From Takakia lepidozioides (taxonomy: Eukaryota; Plantae; Bryophyta), in the NCBI GenBank assembly GCA_030704615.1, contig CM060731.1, forward strand, positions 90,148,001 through 90,212,000: a DNA stretch of 64,000 nt, written 5' to 3'. Below, piece after piece: positions 24,901 to 38,614 of this stretch (position 1 is the stretch's first letter; each line of letters starts with the position of its first letter). Under the pieces are notes generated by a model that was not told where the DNA came from, ran no database searches, and was given only the letters and a program-made list of their open reading frames with translations. A program made the translations under genes and the position numbers.

Positions 24901-27900
24901 GTGACCCCCAAGAAGGATTCCGAGCTACACATAGTACAACACGACAAATACAATATGTTCTATCCGCCCTCGAAGACGCTTACAAAGCAAGACATATATC
25001 TTTTATATATCGATTTTAAAAATGCTTTCGGCTCCTTAGACCATGTTAGATTACTCACTATCATGCTTGACCTTGGGTACCCTACTGATGCCGTCCAACT
25101 TATAGGAAACATCTACACAAACAGTACCACTGAATACTTTGGTGCATAGTATGGCTCCACCCCGCCAATCCCCATCCTCCGAGGAACTATCAAAGGTGAC
25201 ACCTTAAGCCCATATCTATTCATTATTTTCCTAGAACCCCTACTCAGATGGCTAGCCCGTGGTAAGCTTAGATATCAATACAAAACCTCCTCAAGTGACA
25301 TTTCAGCTGCAGCATATGCAGACAATCTCGCCATCCTGGCGCATAAACCACAACACCTAAACCGACAAGTTAACAAACTATTTAGATTCAATCTATGGTC
25401 AGGCATGGAACTCAGCTTACACAAATGCGCCATCACAGCCGGCTCACTAAAGCTGCTATAGCCTCACATTGTAAACTCTATGTACACTACTAAAACACAC
25501 CCTTCCCCTTCCTGGGACCAGACGAGCCATACACTTACGTAGGTATCCAATTAATACCCTCCCTCACTTGGCACATCCAAAAAGAATCTACATCATCCAA
25601 ACTCGCTACCAAAAGTCTGGCCCTGCTCAAATCCCCAATTGCCATTCGACCAAAATTATCAATCATTCAATCAGTACTACAAACACAAACTCAATATTCG
25701 TTCTACGCCGCACCCTTCTCCCTACCAGACATCAAAAAACTTGATAAAAGCATTATTCATCTTACAAAGTGCGTATGTGGCCTACCAACTAGTACCCCTA
25801 AATGCCCTCACGCAACTCCCAACTGACAGCTACGAAATTGGTTCTAGCCCATTAATCATCTCATATGCTCGTACATTAGGCACACAATTAAAAGAAGCAC
25901 TCAACGATCCTGGGCATCTCGGTATCATTTATCGGGGACTCCTCAAATACCTTGCATTAAAATACAATGGCCTTTACTCACTATCATCCTTGCACCCACA
26001 AACCTGCCTACACTCCCCCACGGCACGCACACTACTCATCCTACGCCAAATGAAAATTAGCATACAAACCGATCTGCCAGATTACCCTAACACCTCGTCA
26101 GCCTTATAACACGCGTGGCTCACAAGCCATTTCTTATCACAATTTGACATCTCTCATCCAAAACAAAAAATCCCCATCCTCACCTATTTCAAAGAACGTC
26201 ACATTACCACCCTCACCCAACTTACTACCGCCACCGGCCATCGACTTTTAAAACCAAGCGAATTCATTCTTAAATTCTCCCGAGCTACGACCAAAACCAA
26301 TCGATACCTACACCATCTTCGCACCCTCTTTTGTCATCCATCAACAACATGCACTCTTCAATGCGATCTCCCATGTCTTTACTACCCCCATACGGCTCAA
26401 GACCTGCTCCCCCAGTACCGATCTACCCCTACCGCCTCCATCTACCAAACATTTAAAACGGCATATGCCACCAATACCCATACAGTCACAGAACCCGGAA
26501 CCCCCCTCTCAACTACCTAGTACACAACATACCGAACCTGACCACAACTTGCATATGCCATTTAACCGCTCATCTAATACGCAAAGCTCCCCCATCCACT
26601 CCCAACTAATCACCGCAGTCTCCCCCCTACCCTCACCATACTATGATGACAATAACAATGCCTACATCATTGAAGCCATATTACCCAAACGTCAATCGAT
26701 GCCTTTGGTGCCACCTGCATTGATACATACTACCACTGTAAATGGGCTGGTACTCCTCAGAAGACAACACATGGCAGAGGGGGATGCCTCTGCGTGAGCC
26801 TGGCTGCGTGAGCACGTGAGCGCAGTCAGGCTCACGCCACGTCAGCAGTTCTCGCCACGTTGGTTCACGGGTGTTACGGCACGTCAGTAGTCCTCGCCAG
26901 CGTAGTTGACGCCACGTCACGTCATGCCACGTCATTTCCATAAGCACGGACCTATAACCGCGGACAGAACATGCGGAAGGAGGGAATGCTAGATCGTGAG
27001 CCCAGAGGTGTGAGCTAGGTGCCTATTTCTGCGGAATGAATTACCTTTTCCAGTCATTGCAGACTACATCTTTAATATCCATCCTACCGCCGCCCCTCGT
27101 GTCATAAACTGCGATTTGATAAGTGTGCGATTGCCGAAGTGAGACCTTTATCCATCCCATGAAAGGGAGAATGAGCGTGCTAGTTTCAACAAGCTTTTGT
27201 ATCAGTCAATAACAAGGTGTAGTAGCAGTTCCCAGTGTAGATCCCCAACCATCAAAGTTAGCCGGAGTGGAATTGAGGCTTTCTTACGTAAAAATCGCCC
27301 AGATGGAATAGACTGATTTAGATATGGTCTACATACTAAGCCCTTGCATGTTTGGAAATCAAGTATCAAGTATCAAACAGAAGTTATGATCGGCACCGAT
27401 CATTACTTCTGTTTTTTTTTTTTTTTTTTTTTTTTGGTTTGGTTTAAATTTATTTATTTATTTTAACAATACGCAACAACAAAAAAAAAAGAAAAAAAAA
27501 AAGAGCAGAGCAGAAGTGATGATCGGCACCGACAATCACTTCTGCTCTGCTCTATGTTTGCATCAGTGAAGCAATGCAGTGTGGTTGTCCAAAGCGGAGT
27601 TGCGGCACAAGGAAGCGTGTCTCAACTTGTTAGAGCAGAGCAGAAGTGATTGTCGGCACCTTCTGATGATCGGTACTGACAATCACTTTTGCTCTTTTTT
27701 TTTTCCCGTTTTTTTTTCCAAAAAAAAAAAAAAAAACAGTGCCGATCATCACTTCTGATGATCAGTGCCGACAATCGCTTCTGTTTTTTTCTTCTTCTTT
27801 TTCTTTTCCGTATTGTTCCAAAAAAAAAAAAATTGCTCTGGTCTCTTGCAGACTGTGATCCCTCTTCTCTTCGTTATTTTGGGAGGAAGCAGGGTCTTCC

Positions 27901-28799
27901 TGGTTAGCCTCAATGGAGCCTTATGAGGTGATTTTGTCCTCATTGTAATTGTTATTGTAAAACTTACAATTGTAATTGCAGAATGTTGTGGAATGGATGC
28001 CACAGTTTTAGGCGTATTTCCCATTTCGGGTATTTTGATGGTATTCTTGATGGTATTTTGGTTTCATGTTCCCGAAGTTCATCCCACGGTCATAGGACCC
28101 TCGGGTATAGGCGCCGTATGTTTCGGTTGACGTGACGCCACGTCAACATTCGACACCATGGCAACCTACTGGCATCACGCTCACGCCACGTCACCTGGCG
28201 TGAGCGTACGCTCACACTTTCACGCGCGAGGCTCATGCGGTTGCGTCGTTGCATGGTAGATAGAAGATGATCTATTCGGCCCACATGACGATTGTGACCC
28301 CGAACACAATCTTTCCTTTCTCACCAGCTTCCATAAACATAGTAACACCGACTATTTAACACATTCACCAACAACACACCACCCCCACCCAACCTACAGA
28401 TAGCCGATACATTCATCAACCGATCTCTGCCCCCAACGTGCACATCTGCATAACTGAATGTAACCCCGACAAAGATGTCAAGCATGATCAACCACTAATT
28501 CGCATGGCCCCCCGCCTTTCCAATATTTATGCTCAACATGGCCGCTTCATTGGACTCATTCCTAATAATAGATTAACATGGTTGTGGGAGAAGTATTATG
28601 CTACAAACTCATATCCGTAATCTCTACAACCTCCGAAACAAGACTTTGCTACCAAATTATATTTGGCTTATTGATCGCTACCTCAAAGACAACCCCCCCC
28701 AAGAAGCCACGATCCCCCACTAGATTGGAAACGACATGTGCACACCATACCATACCCCCAAGATATTTTCACCTTAATTATCAATACATTCCAGCCACA
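21990..28799 (+). mobile_element. Degenerate non-LTR retrotransposon (APE, RT, chromodomain), Dualen/RandI-like, 3'-truncated
   Basis: APE: IILLQETKL, LYMPS, LAGNFN, SDHYPI. RT: KAPGPD, RPIALANTIYKL, QEGFR, YIDFKNAF, GDTLSPYLFIIFLEPLLRWL, YADNL. Strong C/A strand bias with many stops and frameshifts. Confidence 0.88.
26779..28251. mobile_element. Non-autonomous 1.47-kb element with 9-bp TSD and non-identical ends (non-TIR MULE-like)
   Basis: TSD CATGGCAGA (26770-26778) and CATGGTAGA (28252-28260); removing it restores the LINE peptide EDNTWQIEDDL. Inverted subterminal RTGAGC motifs and internal TCGGCACCGA hairpins (27388-27780). Confidence 0.85.
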
Positions 28800-29322
28800 G
28801 GGGGTCATTATATATATTTTTTCCATATCATGTGCGTACAAAGATATATTTATACTATGCTATATTTTTAAAAATCTGCATTTTTTTCCACCCTATCTTT
28901 AGGTAATATTGTAAAACCCTTTGTTTTCTAACATCCTATTTTTCATAATTTTCTTTTGCAACAATTAATTAGACCTTATTTTAAAATTATCTTTTTAAAT
29001 AATTGTAAAATTTCAAAGCATGTACACAAACAAGTACATTCCATATAACATAAGTCAAATGCCGGACCCATGAAAAAGTTTAATTTTTATTAGCCACGAA
29101 CTCATTCAAAGCCGCAACATCACTTGGATCTAAAGAGTACAAGTTTTGAGATGGTTCAAATGCCATAGTCAGTGTTGAGATTATGGTACAACATCAATCC
29201 ACTGTGTATCATATTTGAACTTCCAAGTGACCTCTACCTGATTTCATCCGGATGGATTAGAGCTGGATGAAATATAATAAACTTCACAAGGATGGATACA
29301 TTATACTGTAGATAAAACCCTT

Positions 29323-29365
<43 letters not shown>

Positions 29366-29524
29366 TCTGGATTTTTGGTGACCCTTCTTTTAAAAAAACT
29401 GGGTGAAAGGATATTGCCCTACCATATTTTCTAAGTAAAACTTTTCTAAAATTTACCCCAAAAAAATAAATCACACCCTATATTTGTTCTCACGTGGTTT
29501 TGAAAATACGGGGAGTGACCCCCC
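28800..29524. mobile_element. AT-rich MITE-like segment with GGGGGTCA/TGACCCCC ends
   Basis: 8-bp inverted ends at the LINE/Gypsy junction; contains (TA)n at about 29326-29360; no TSD. Confidence 0.35.
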
Positions 29525-32500
29525 CAAGGCTGTCCACTGGAAAGTTGGCTCTTTCTTTGTCAAAACAAAGAGTGACACCCCTGTGCTGGCATATCCTTTG
29601 ATGTAGTCCCGGTAATAGTTTGTCACCCCGACAAAACTCTTGACTGCTGTTGGAGTCTTTGGTACTGGAAAACATTGAATAGCTGCAACTTTGTTTGGAT
29701 TTGGCCTTACCCCTTCCTTGGAAACCACATGGCCTAGATTGACCAAGCTCACATTTGCTGGGGTTCAGCTTCAGATTGTGGTACCTCAACTTCTTGAGTA
29801 TGATATCCAGGTGCTGTAGGTGTTCATCCCACGTGGCACTATGAATATTTATGTCATCAACAAAAACCTTAGCGAAAGATTTCAGCTCATCATGAAGTAT
29901 GATGTTCATAGCCCTTTGAAAGGTTGTTGTTGCATTCTTCAGGCCGAAGGGCATGACGATCCACTCAAATAATCCCCTCTTTGTGATGATTGTCGTCTTC
30001 TTTATATCATCATCTCTCATTTTGATCTGCCAAAAGCCAGACTGCAAATCCAGCGCTGAAAACCATTGGGATTTGCTAAGTTGTTGCAGTACATCTTGTA
30101 TCAATGGCATAAGGTATGCATCCTTGAGTGTGTGCAGATTGAGTGGTTTGTAATCACCACAAAAACCTCTTGTTTCCATCCTTCTTGGGTGGTAACGTCA
30201 CTGGACACGCATACTCTGATTTGCTGATTCTCATTTTGCCTTGCTGGATGAGTGCTTCGATTTGTTCCTGCACTGGATTCTCTTCAGCTCTGATAGCCCG
30301 TTGGCTGGTTTTCTTGTTGTAGGGAAACCCTGGGTATTGATCTCGTGTTCGACATCCACACAGTGCCCAAGATCTGCTTTGTTTAAGGCAAAGCTGTGCT
30401 GGTTTTGCCTGCATACCTCAATGAGCTGTTGCTTCTGTTCTGGAGTGAGCTCAGTGCTGAAGCTGAGCTTCTTGGGAAAAGAAACTGTCCAGAGGTCCTT
30501 GCCTGTTCCTCCGGTACTTCTTCTTGTGATGAAGCCATCCCTTCAGCTTGTGAAATTTGGACCTCCCTTAGCATTAGGGGTTGCCACCGGTTCGTACCCT
30601 TGGGAGTCGACGTATCTCTTTGATCTCGTGATGTACCATTAATTGATTCAATTGTTCCAAGACTGCCTCTTCATCATCACACATAATCTCAAGCAAATTG
30701 TTAGAAGGCAATGCATTTGTACCTTGCTCCTTCTTCATCCTACAATCCTGTTCGAAGTGCCCTAGTAGCTTACAAAAAGTGCATCTGATTCCACAATTTT
30801 CTGTCCTGTGACCATAGTGATTGCATTTTGCACATTTCACTGGAGTTTTTTTGTGTAGGACAGAACGCACCAACACTCCACTCGAGGGGGTACGTCCAAA
30901 GTGGCTCGATCTGGGCTACGCGGCCTAGGACCTCGAGGCCGCAGTACATCGCGGGGTATTGGAACAGGACGCTGTGAGACCTCTGGCACACCCGCCACGT
31001 CAACATGTGTAGGCTGTACGGCAATGTTATCGGAGAGCCGACATCGTCGTGAAGGCGGTGGAGGTATCTCAACCTCGCGGGCAATATCATTGTTGGGAAT
31101 CTGATCATCTGGTGAAATGACATTCGAAAATCATCCTCCGTGATGGGCCGAGCCCGTGCCCGCACCATGACCTATATTTCATACAGAAAAAGGAAAAACC
31201 CTTCAATGAACTTAATATCATGCCAACATGATAAATTCAAAGTGAACAATATATGATAGTAGGGTTTAAGGTCATGTAATATCGTTTAGGGTCCCTCCTG
31301 AAATCCCTGGAGAGCAAATTTTTTTGGCTAAGTCCTAAAGCAGCCCCATAAGCGACCCCAAGGGGATCGCTTTCAAAAAGCGATGGGTCCCGCGGGAGAA
31401 GGCCGAACTCCCTGGAGGCCAAATTTTGGCTAAGTCCTAGGCAGCCCAGGATGCGACCCAAGGGGGGTCGCTTTTAACAAGCGACGGGTCTCGCGGGAGA
31501 AGGCCGAACTCCCTGGAGTGCGCGCAACTTTGTGGCTAAGTCCTAGGCAGTCCCCATAAGCGACAGGTCCCGCGGGAGAAGGCCGAACTCCCCGGAGACC
31601 CAATTTTGGCTAGGCAGCCCCAAAAACGACACCAGAGGGGTCGCTTTAACAAAGCGAGGGGTAAGATGGGAGAAGGCTGAACTCCCTGGAGGGCAATTTT
31701 TTTTGGCTAAGTCCTAGGTAGCCCCAGAAGCGACCTCAGGGGGGGTCGCTTTTAAAAAGCGATGAGTAAGTTGGGTGAAGGCCGAACTTCATATAAGCGA
31801 CGCCCTAGGGGTTGCTTCTATAAAGCGACTGGCCCTGCGGGCTAATTTAAATTTTGTTTTCTCATGGAGTGACGGATTTCCGTCGTTTTTCTTTGGAAAA
31901 TTTGAATTTTTCCAACAACGGATGCAGTACATCCGTCATCCCCGTTTGATTAATTGCTTGGTACAACCTCTGTCTATAGTGGGGTGCCACTGCAAGCAGT
32001 TGTCCAATGGTATATGATCTCTGCTAATGCTTTCTTTGTCTTTAGCATTTGTGGTACACCTTGAATTTCTAGTTTTTTTTTTTTTTTTTTTTTTCTCCTT
32101 CCGAGTTAGATGACTCTATTGCAAGGATTTTTGTATTTTTCTACAAATCTCTGATGGAATTTGCCACCTCCTTGTGCAATTCTTTCTCTTTCTTCCAAGC
32201 CTCATCATCTTGGGGAGTTTCAATTTCGTCTTCATTGTCTTCTTCAGATACTTCTTCCTTAGGCTGCTTCTTGTCACTACCAGAGCACCCACCTCTAGTA
32301 TGCAACATAGCATCACCATGTGAGCTGCCACCACTGGGCCCTCAATGATGGGAATCCCCATTTCATTATGGTGTTTTATCCAGTGGGGACATGCTTTCTT
32401 GCAATGTCCTGCTTGGTTGCAATACAAGCATAATTCTTCTCCATTGGGTCCTCGCCCTTGTTCTCTTCTAGGATTATTTCTATAATCCTGGTTTTCTTGC

Positions 32501-33513
32501 TGATAATATTACCTTGGTACTTTCCTCTGGTATTGCTTTGGTAATTCCCTCTTGGATTACCTCTCCCTGCCATGCCATTGTTATTATTATATCCATCAGG
32601 TCTTCCATAGTTGCCTTGGTCGGTATTTCTTCTTAGTCGTGGTTCCACCTAATGCACACCAACAACTCTTTTTTCTCTTATTGCCGTCTTTCTGTGTAGT
32701 AACAATTCTCAGTACAATGGTTACTCTTTTGGCAAATAGATCAGTGTTTCTCCTTCATTTGGCACTCTACCATAGTGTGGCTTTCATTTTGGCATTTTTG
32801 ACACCGGATATTCTTCCTCCAGTGTGATGCTGCTTTTGTGGGCATATTTCTTCATCAACTCCTCAAGTCTTTTTTCGTAATTGTCCTTCTTTGCCTTTGC
32901 TTTCTTCTTTGTCTTTTTTCTATCATCTTCATCATCCTCTTATGAATCATCCCCACTCTTCTTCGAGCCGCCTTCCTATGCATTTTCCCAAGCTCTACCC
33001 TCTTGGCAGATGCATATGCTTCGGCAAAGGTATCATTAGGTAGTATGTCTATCTTTCTTTGAATCTCAAGTCTCCGGCTATTTACAACCAGGTCTTTTGT
33101 AAATCTTCATGTGGCACATCAGTTAATTTCCTTACTATCAATAATCGCATCTTTTCCAGATATTCCTCAACAGTTTCATGCTTCTTCTGTTTCAGCTGTT
33201 GAAGACCATTGTACACTTCTCCAATAATTTCACTTGTTCTTAATTTCTCTTGGAATGATGTCTCTAGATCGTTCCAAGTTGCAAAGTGATTGTCTGGAAA
33301 TTGAGCATACCACTCAATTGTCTTTTTGGTTAATGAACAAGGAAATAATCTCAACATTACTACATCTGCATTCTCGTTGTTCACTATGCACATGTGCTCA
33401 TATCGATTAATGTGCCCATCAGGATCCCCTTTTCTTGAATAGATAGGAAAAGGTGGTCTCATGCGTGTTGGTGTTGCTGGTTGAGCCATTTGTTGTCTTG
33501 ATGTGCTTGGCAA
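29525..33513 (-). mobile_element. Fragmented old Ty3/Gypsy remnants (gag, zinc knuckles, RT) with nested inserts
   Basis: RT: LDLQSGFWQI, VMPFGLKNA, VFVDDI (about 29750-30180). Knuckles CAKCNHYGHRTENC and CTFCKLLGHFEQDC (about 30750-30835) and YCNQAGHCKKAC (about 32400). Gag core at 33082-33513. Confidence 0.85.
31270..31840. repeat. Tandem repeat (about 100-115-bp units) with AGCGACC...GGTCGCT hairpins
   Basis: About five units of TTTGGCTAAGTCCTAGGCAGCCCC..AGCGACCC..GGGGTCGCTTT..GGGAGAAGGCCGAACTCCCTGGAG. Confidence 0.85.
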
Positions 33514-36008
33514 GGTTATTTGGAAAGGGATTTAAAAATAAAACAAAATACTTCAATCCCAAAAATTATTTTTGAACATATTACTTGAATGGATATAATT
33601 TCATTCAGGCAAATAATGGCAGACCCTCTAAGGACAAGGTGGAGGCAAGTTAAGGCCAGATATGAATTGTTGGTCAAGAACAAGCATCACGGTGGCTGTC
33701 AAACACCTTCACCGTTTAGTGGGTGGTCTGATTAACTGCCTTGTTTGGAGTTTTGACATAATCTGGACACCCAAGGAACACTCAACTGTACATTTGACGC
33801 AGTTTCCGAAAAAGCTTAGTGTCTGATGTCATGATGGTGGGAAGACTCTCCACAGCTTTGCAAAATATTGAAATCTTTCTTACAACTGTTGAGCATCGTG
33901 GACTCGTCAATCATTAATTAATTGTACAGAGAGTACCTTTCCACCACAAAAATCCAGCTTAAAGGGTATGTTTTGGGTTGGGCACCCCTATAAGAACACC
34001 CCGAAATAGGATCCCGGTGGTGATAATTAGGTGTTCAGGACCGCCCCAGCTGGAGGTTCGATTGAGCAAATGGCCCTTTCCAGAACTCAACATAAGGCCT
34101 ACTCCAACCCCACTCTTCTTTCTTGGCATGAGCACACTCTCACCAAACTTCTGAATTTTACGTCAAGCGGGTTGCTCCACCACAAGCAGCCCAGGTGAAG
34201 TTGCTAGTCTCTCTACATGGCATGGCTCTTTTGCCATTACGTCACCAAGCAGCAACTGGGGGGGGGGGAGAATGGGCACTCTGACCCATTTTCTCTCCCC
34301 TGTAATACATTGTCTGGGTTTCAGTTTATTATCCTAGAATGTGGACCTGTACACATTTCCTTGTCAAATTGCTACTTCCAGTTGAGCCCACTTGAGGCAA
34401 AGGTCCTTAACCAAGCCAAAGCGGCACAACATGCTATTACACAGAAATCTCTAATTAGGACAGAGAATACCATCATGCTTTCCAGTGGGTTGGAAATCAC
34501 CAATGGATGCTGCACTAAATTCTTGCAGATTTTGCATCAGTTTCCAGTGAACTCCTAAATATCAAGCAACCCACAACTGACCTGGAATTATTATTTACCA
34601 AATCTGACATTTACATCACCCAAAGCTTGAAAAGGAAAGTTAGTTTTCTCGTGTATCAATCACTGTACTTGTCATCTGAACACCAACTAACAGTGGATAA
34701 ACCCATTAGATCACGAGTTATGTCATTCCTATTCCAGAATACATGTGAAGGCTCATGTTCCAACAACGAGATTCTTCCGTGTATACATTTCAAAGAAACT
34801 ATGGCTTCTCACTTGCAAGAGGTAGAGGCAAAACATTATATGCTTTCTTACATCTCATTGCTTCTGCGTATTTCTGCAACTTTGCAAGTTGCTAGACTCA
34901 TACAGGTGAGTGGCTGTATTTCCCTTCAAAGTGCAGCATATTGCTCAAGTGTATATGGTTTGAGTTGGTAAGTAGACAATGAGCATACTTTAGGCACCAT
35001 CCCACAACCCTCAGAAGGGCAGTCCTCTGATTGAAAAGGTAAGACTTTTTGTCATTTAGAAGGCTCACTACATGCTACCTGAGCCATTATGTTCTCTTTT
35101 TGTCTCTGTCTCTCTCTTCAAAGGAAACTGAGCACGGGGTCAATGGCCACAAGGCTACGGCAAACAACATCGTGTTATGAGTACATTCTCTCTTCAAAGG
35201 CAGATTATTACTAAAAGGCCTGGCTTGAAGAGACAGGGTTTTATTCCATCCCCACAACAGCATTGGCAGACCCCACCACTGATGGTGCTGCATTCGTGTT
35301 CGTTCGTCCCCTTACATGTGCGACACCTTCCTTGGGCCATCAGAAGACTGCAACAGAACATTGAGCTCTAGAAAGAAGGCACTAAGCCTAAGTCATGTCT
35401 CAAACCCCAAGTTCTACTGTGTTCTTGATGGCATGGCCCATACCAACAAGCCATAGCAGAGGTTATCAGGTGTGGAGCCACTTGTCAGTTGCAATAGCCA
35501 AGATCTAGATTAATTAGTTATCCTCCTCTCTTCTGAAGCTGAATGCACCTGCTTACTGATTGCCACTTTTCCAACAGGGAGTGAGAAATAGTGATGCTGC
35601 CCCCCAGCAAACACTTTCAAGATAACAGCAAACTTCCATCATACTGCAGCTTCTCGATTGTGGCTTGGCTTTCGCAACCCATGGTGGGAATCAAAGATGC
35701 CGCCTCCCAGGAAACACTTGCGAGATGACTGTAAATTTTCACCATCCTGCAGCTGTCAATTGCGCTTGGGCAATCCATGGGTGGGAACAAAGATGCCAGC
35801 CCCAGGGGACACTTGCAAGATGACTTGAAACCTTTATCATACTGCAGTTTCTCCAAGAAAATTGCCAGAATTGCAAGCAATGCCCTCACATTAAGCTATC
35901 CGCTAGGAAAAAGAGCTGTCCATGCTTGAATCCATAAGTCACCGCATCATAAAGAATACCCAGACGGACATTTCGTACACTGCAATGGACTGAACGCTTT
36001 ATTACCTA

Positions 36009-36869
36009 TCACGTCTCAGAAGCAGAGTGAGGGGGCGGTTTGGCTACGAATGTGGTATAGATTCCAGCAAACATTTTAACGAGCTCCAGTTGTACTTCCC
36101 CTCTATGCTTCTCCATAGCCGCCAACTGTTCCCCTTTTGCTTTCTCCAAAGCACTCATACACTCCAGTTTAGTCAGCTCGATCTTGGCATACAGCTCACC
36201 AAATCCTTTAATGCTTGCAGCTAATTCTCGAAGGGGGCCTTCAGCAGATGAAGACTTGTGGCGCTTCGTCTTCTTAATAGCCTTGCTGGAGACCCTCAGC
36301 GATTTCGGGTTCTTGCTCCGTGGGCCGTTGACTTCCACACCTCCCCAGTTTCCATCCCTCTCTGGTGTGTTGTCTTGTTCACTAGAGGGTGGAGGACTTG
36401 CTCCTGGGGAGTGGGGAACTGAAGACAACGGCTCTTTCCCTGTGGAGGTTGCTGCAGCCACACCGATGGACTCATCCGCATGCCCAAGGTTCTCGTCGAT
36501 ACGATCATTGTCCAGTTCAGGGCTCCCCATGGACTTCCGACGCATACCGCCATCCATGGCCCCTGGGATCAGGGAGAACCTTGCCGAGGAGCCAACCAAG
36601 CCCTCCATCGCAGCGTACCATTGCCACTTGGACGGGGCACCTTCTACGGCCTCCTGCTTCTCCTTCTCTGTCTTAAACTTCCTCTTCAGATTGTCAAGCT
36701 TATCCCTACATTGCTTCACAGATTTCAGGCCTTTACCATCACCTCTGTTGTTCACACGGGTGACAATCTCCTGCCAATCCCTGGGCCTGCAGTTCCCCTT
36801 ATTTAACTCCAGGGATTTATCACGGTACGCTTCCAGTAAGGCACAGACAGCCCCTTCACTCCAACCCAT
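36009..36869 (-). CDS. Trihelix (Myb/SANT-like) transcription factor, SIP1/ASIL-like, 286 aa, intronless
   Basis: WSEGAVCALLEAY...DWQEIV...KSVKQCRDKLDNLKRKFKTEK...WQWY plus a C-terminal coiled coil (LRELAASIKGFGELYAKIE). Confidence 0.88.
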   Translation of the reverse strand: MGWSEGAVCALLEAYRDKSLELNKGNCRPRDWQEIVTRVNNRGDGKGLKSVKQCRDKLDNLKRKFKTEKEKQEAVEGAPSKWQWYAAMEGLVGSSARFSLIPGAMDGGMRRKSMGSPELDNDRIDENLGHADESIGVAAATSTGKEPLSSVPHSPGASPPPSSEQDNTPERDGNWGGVEVNGPRSKNPKSLRVSSKAIKKTKRHKSSSAEGPLRELAASIKGFGELYAKIELTKLECMSALEKAKGEQLAAMEKHRGEVQLELVKMFAGIYTTFVAKPPPHSASET

Positions 36870-38614
36870 GAGAGACAGCAGAAGCGGCACAAACCCTCTC
36901 CAGCAAGTAAATACAGGGAGATAGCCGAACGATTTTGACCTCCCAAGAAATTTGAGATCAATTGCAATTCCAGATCTGACGAAAGAACCGGAATCTGGTT
37001 TCAAAATGCAGGTGCTTCGATGCTAACAAGACTGCACGAGCATTGACGATCACCAGCAGCAGACCTAGTCGGCCTGGAATCTTAATTACCACAGATTCCC
37101 TTCCGAGCCTCGGCGCTATGTCCCAGACACTGAAGGGGTAGGGGATAGCAGAAAGGCCGTGTCGCGGGACGCCATAAAAATGATAATTTTGGACTGGCCT
37201 GGGGCGCTGCCCGGGGTCTAGGCCATGGACCAAGCGAGGTCTGGGCCTGGGACTGGATGTCCTACACCCCAGTCCATACAGGGAACTCATTGGGAACAAA
37301 TTTCGGCCGCTGCCCGTCCTTTCCTATTGACCTGGGGTTGCAGTGGCCTGGGCTTAGAAAGCCCCGGAAAGATTCTCTAGCCCTGGGTAAATATTCCCTG
37401 GACCCAGGGAAAGATTCTTTACCCTGGGATATGAGGACACCCGAAAAATATTTCAAACGTCAATTCCTTGACCCCGGGGCTTGTGCCTTTAACCCTGGGT
37501 CTACATAATGCAGTTTTCATCCGTCCATGTATTCTGTATCCTATATTTTCTAGGTGTTTCGCATACGAGAGTTTGTTTGTTGCGGGCATGGCACTTCCTC
37601 TCTCGCCAAACAACAAAGGCGTCATTTTTAATACGCATCTGCTGCTTGAAACAGATGATCAAGCTAATTTCTGTTGCATGTTCTTGTGCATATATGTTGT
37701 GCACGTTTAGTGCCGTGTCTTGCTCACTAGTGACAAGAAGCTTTGGAGGAAAGAAGTTAGCTCATCCCAACGAGATACCACCCCCTTCCACAAGCAATCT
37801 GCAAAGAAGTTGTCCCCCTGGTCCAAAACTTTTGACAGTAGCAAAGGCTGTCAGGACATACTCTCTTGAGGACTCCAAAGATACTTGCAAAATACCACCA
37901 AGCAGTTCGGCAGAGGTCAAGGAGATAGGTGGAGGGAAAAGCCTCAAACATTAAAGCTGCTGTTGGAAATGTTTCTGTTGAAAAGGGGAAAGTAGCGGCA
38001 ACAGGAGATAGTCGCAAGATCCCTCCAACTTTGGGGAATGCAGAATGGAGGGCAGAGGTCAAGGAGGTAGGTGCAAAGAAAAGCTCCAGCATTTTAGGGG
38101 CAGCTGCAAAAGAAAGCACAGTTTTCCACTACATTGAGTGCCACGGTGGATGGTCGGACGCCTCGGCTGACTAGTAATCCTGGAATTCTTGAACTCTGAT
38201 AATTGGAGCTGTCTGTTTTGAGACAAGAAAGTTGGAGACGAGAAAGAGACAGAACTAGGTTTTAATTTCAATTTCTAAACTTGAAATTTAGTATGAAAAT
38301 GTGCATGTTGTCTGGCTAGGTTAGGTACTCCATATGAACTATGTTTCAAAGATCTACATTCCGCCATTGAGGCAAGCAAAAGCTGTCAGGTTCTCATGTT
38401 ACTGTTCCATGAAGAAAGAACAAAAGGATTTTGCACAGAAAGTGGACAAGTTGCTAGATTGCTACCGAAAAATAGTTGTTTGGCAAACCTGTCACTGATT
38501 GCGACTTTAGCAACAAGACAAGCTGAACAAAGGAAGAATGTTTTCTCTTCATGGTCACATTTTTGATGTGATATAGAGAGTATTTGCATGGCAAAGGTGC
38601 AGGTATTCGCGTAA

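Noticed and set aside
33600-35900. Short ORFs between the Gypsy remnant and the trihelix gene
   Set aside because: No recognisable motifs or consistent exon structure.
36009-36869. Harbinger transposon Myb-like ORF
   Set aside because: No Harbinger nuclease or TIRs nearby; the C-terminal coiled coil fits SIP1-type trihelix host factors.
37757-38174. ORFs with repeated IPP...AEVKE peptides
   Set aside because: Short, frameshifted, with no identifiable family.
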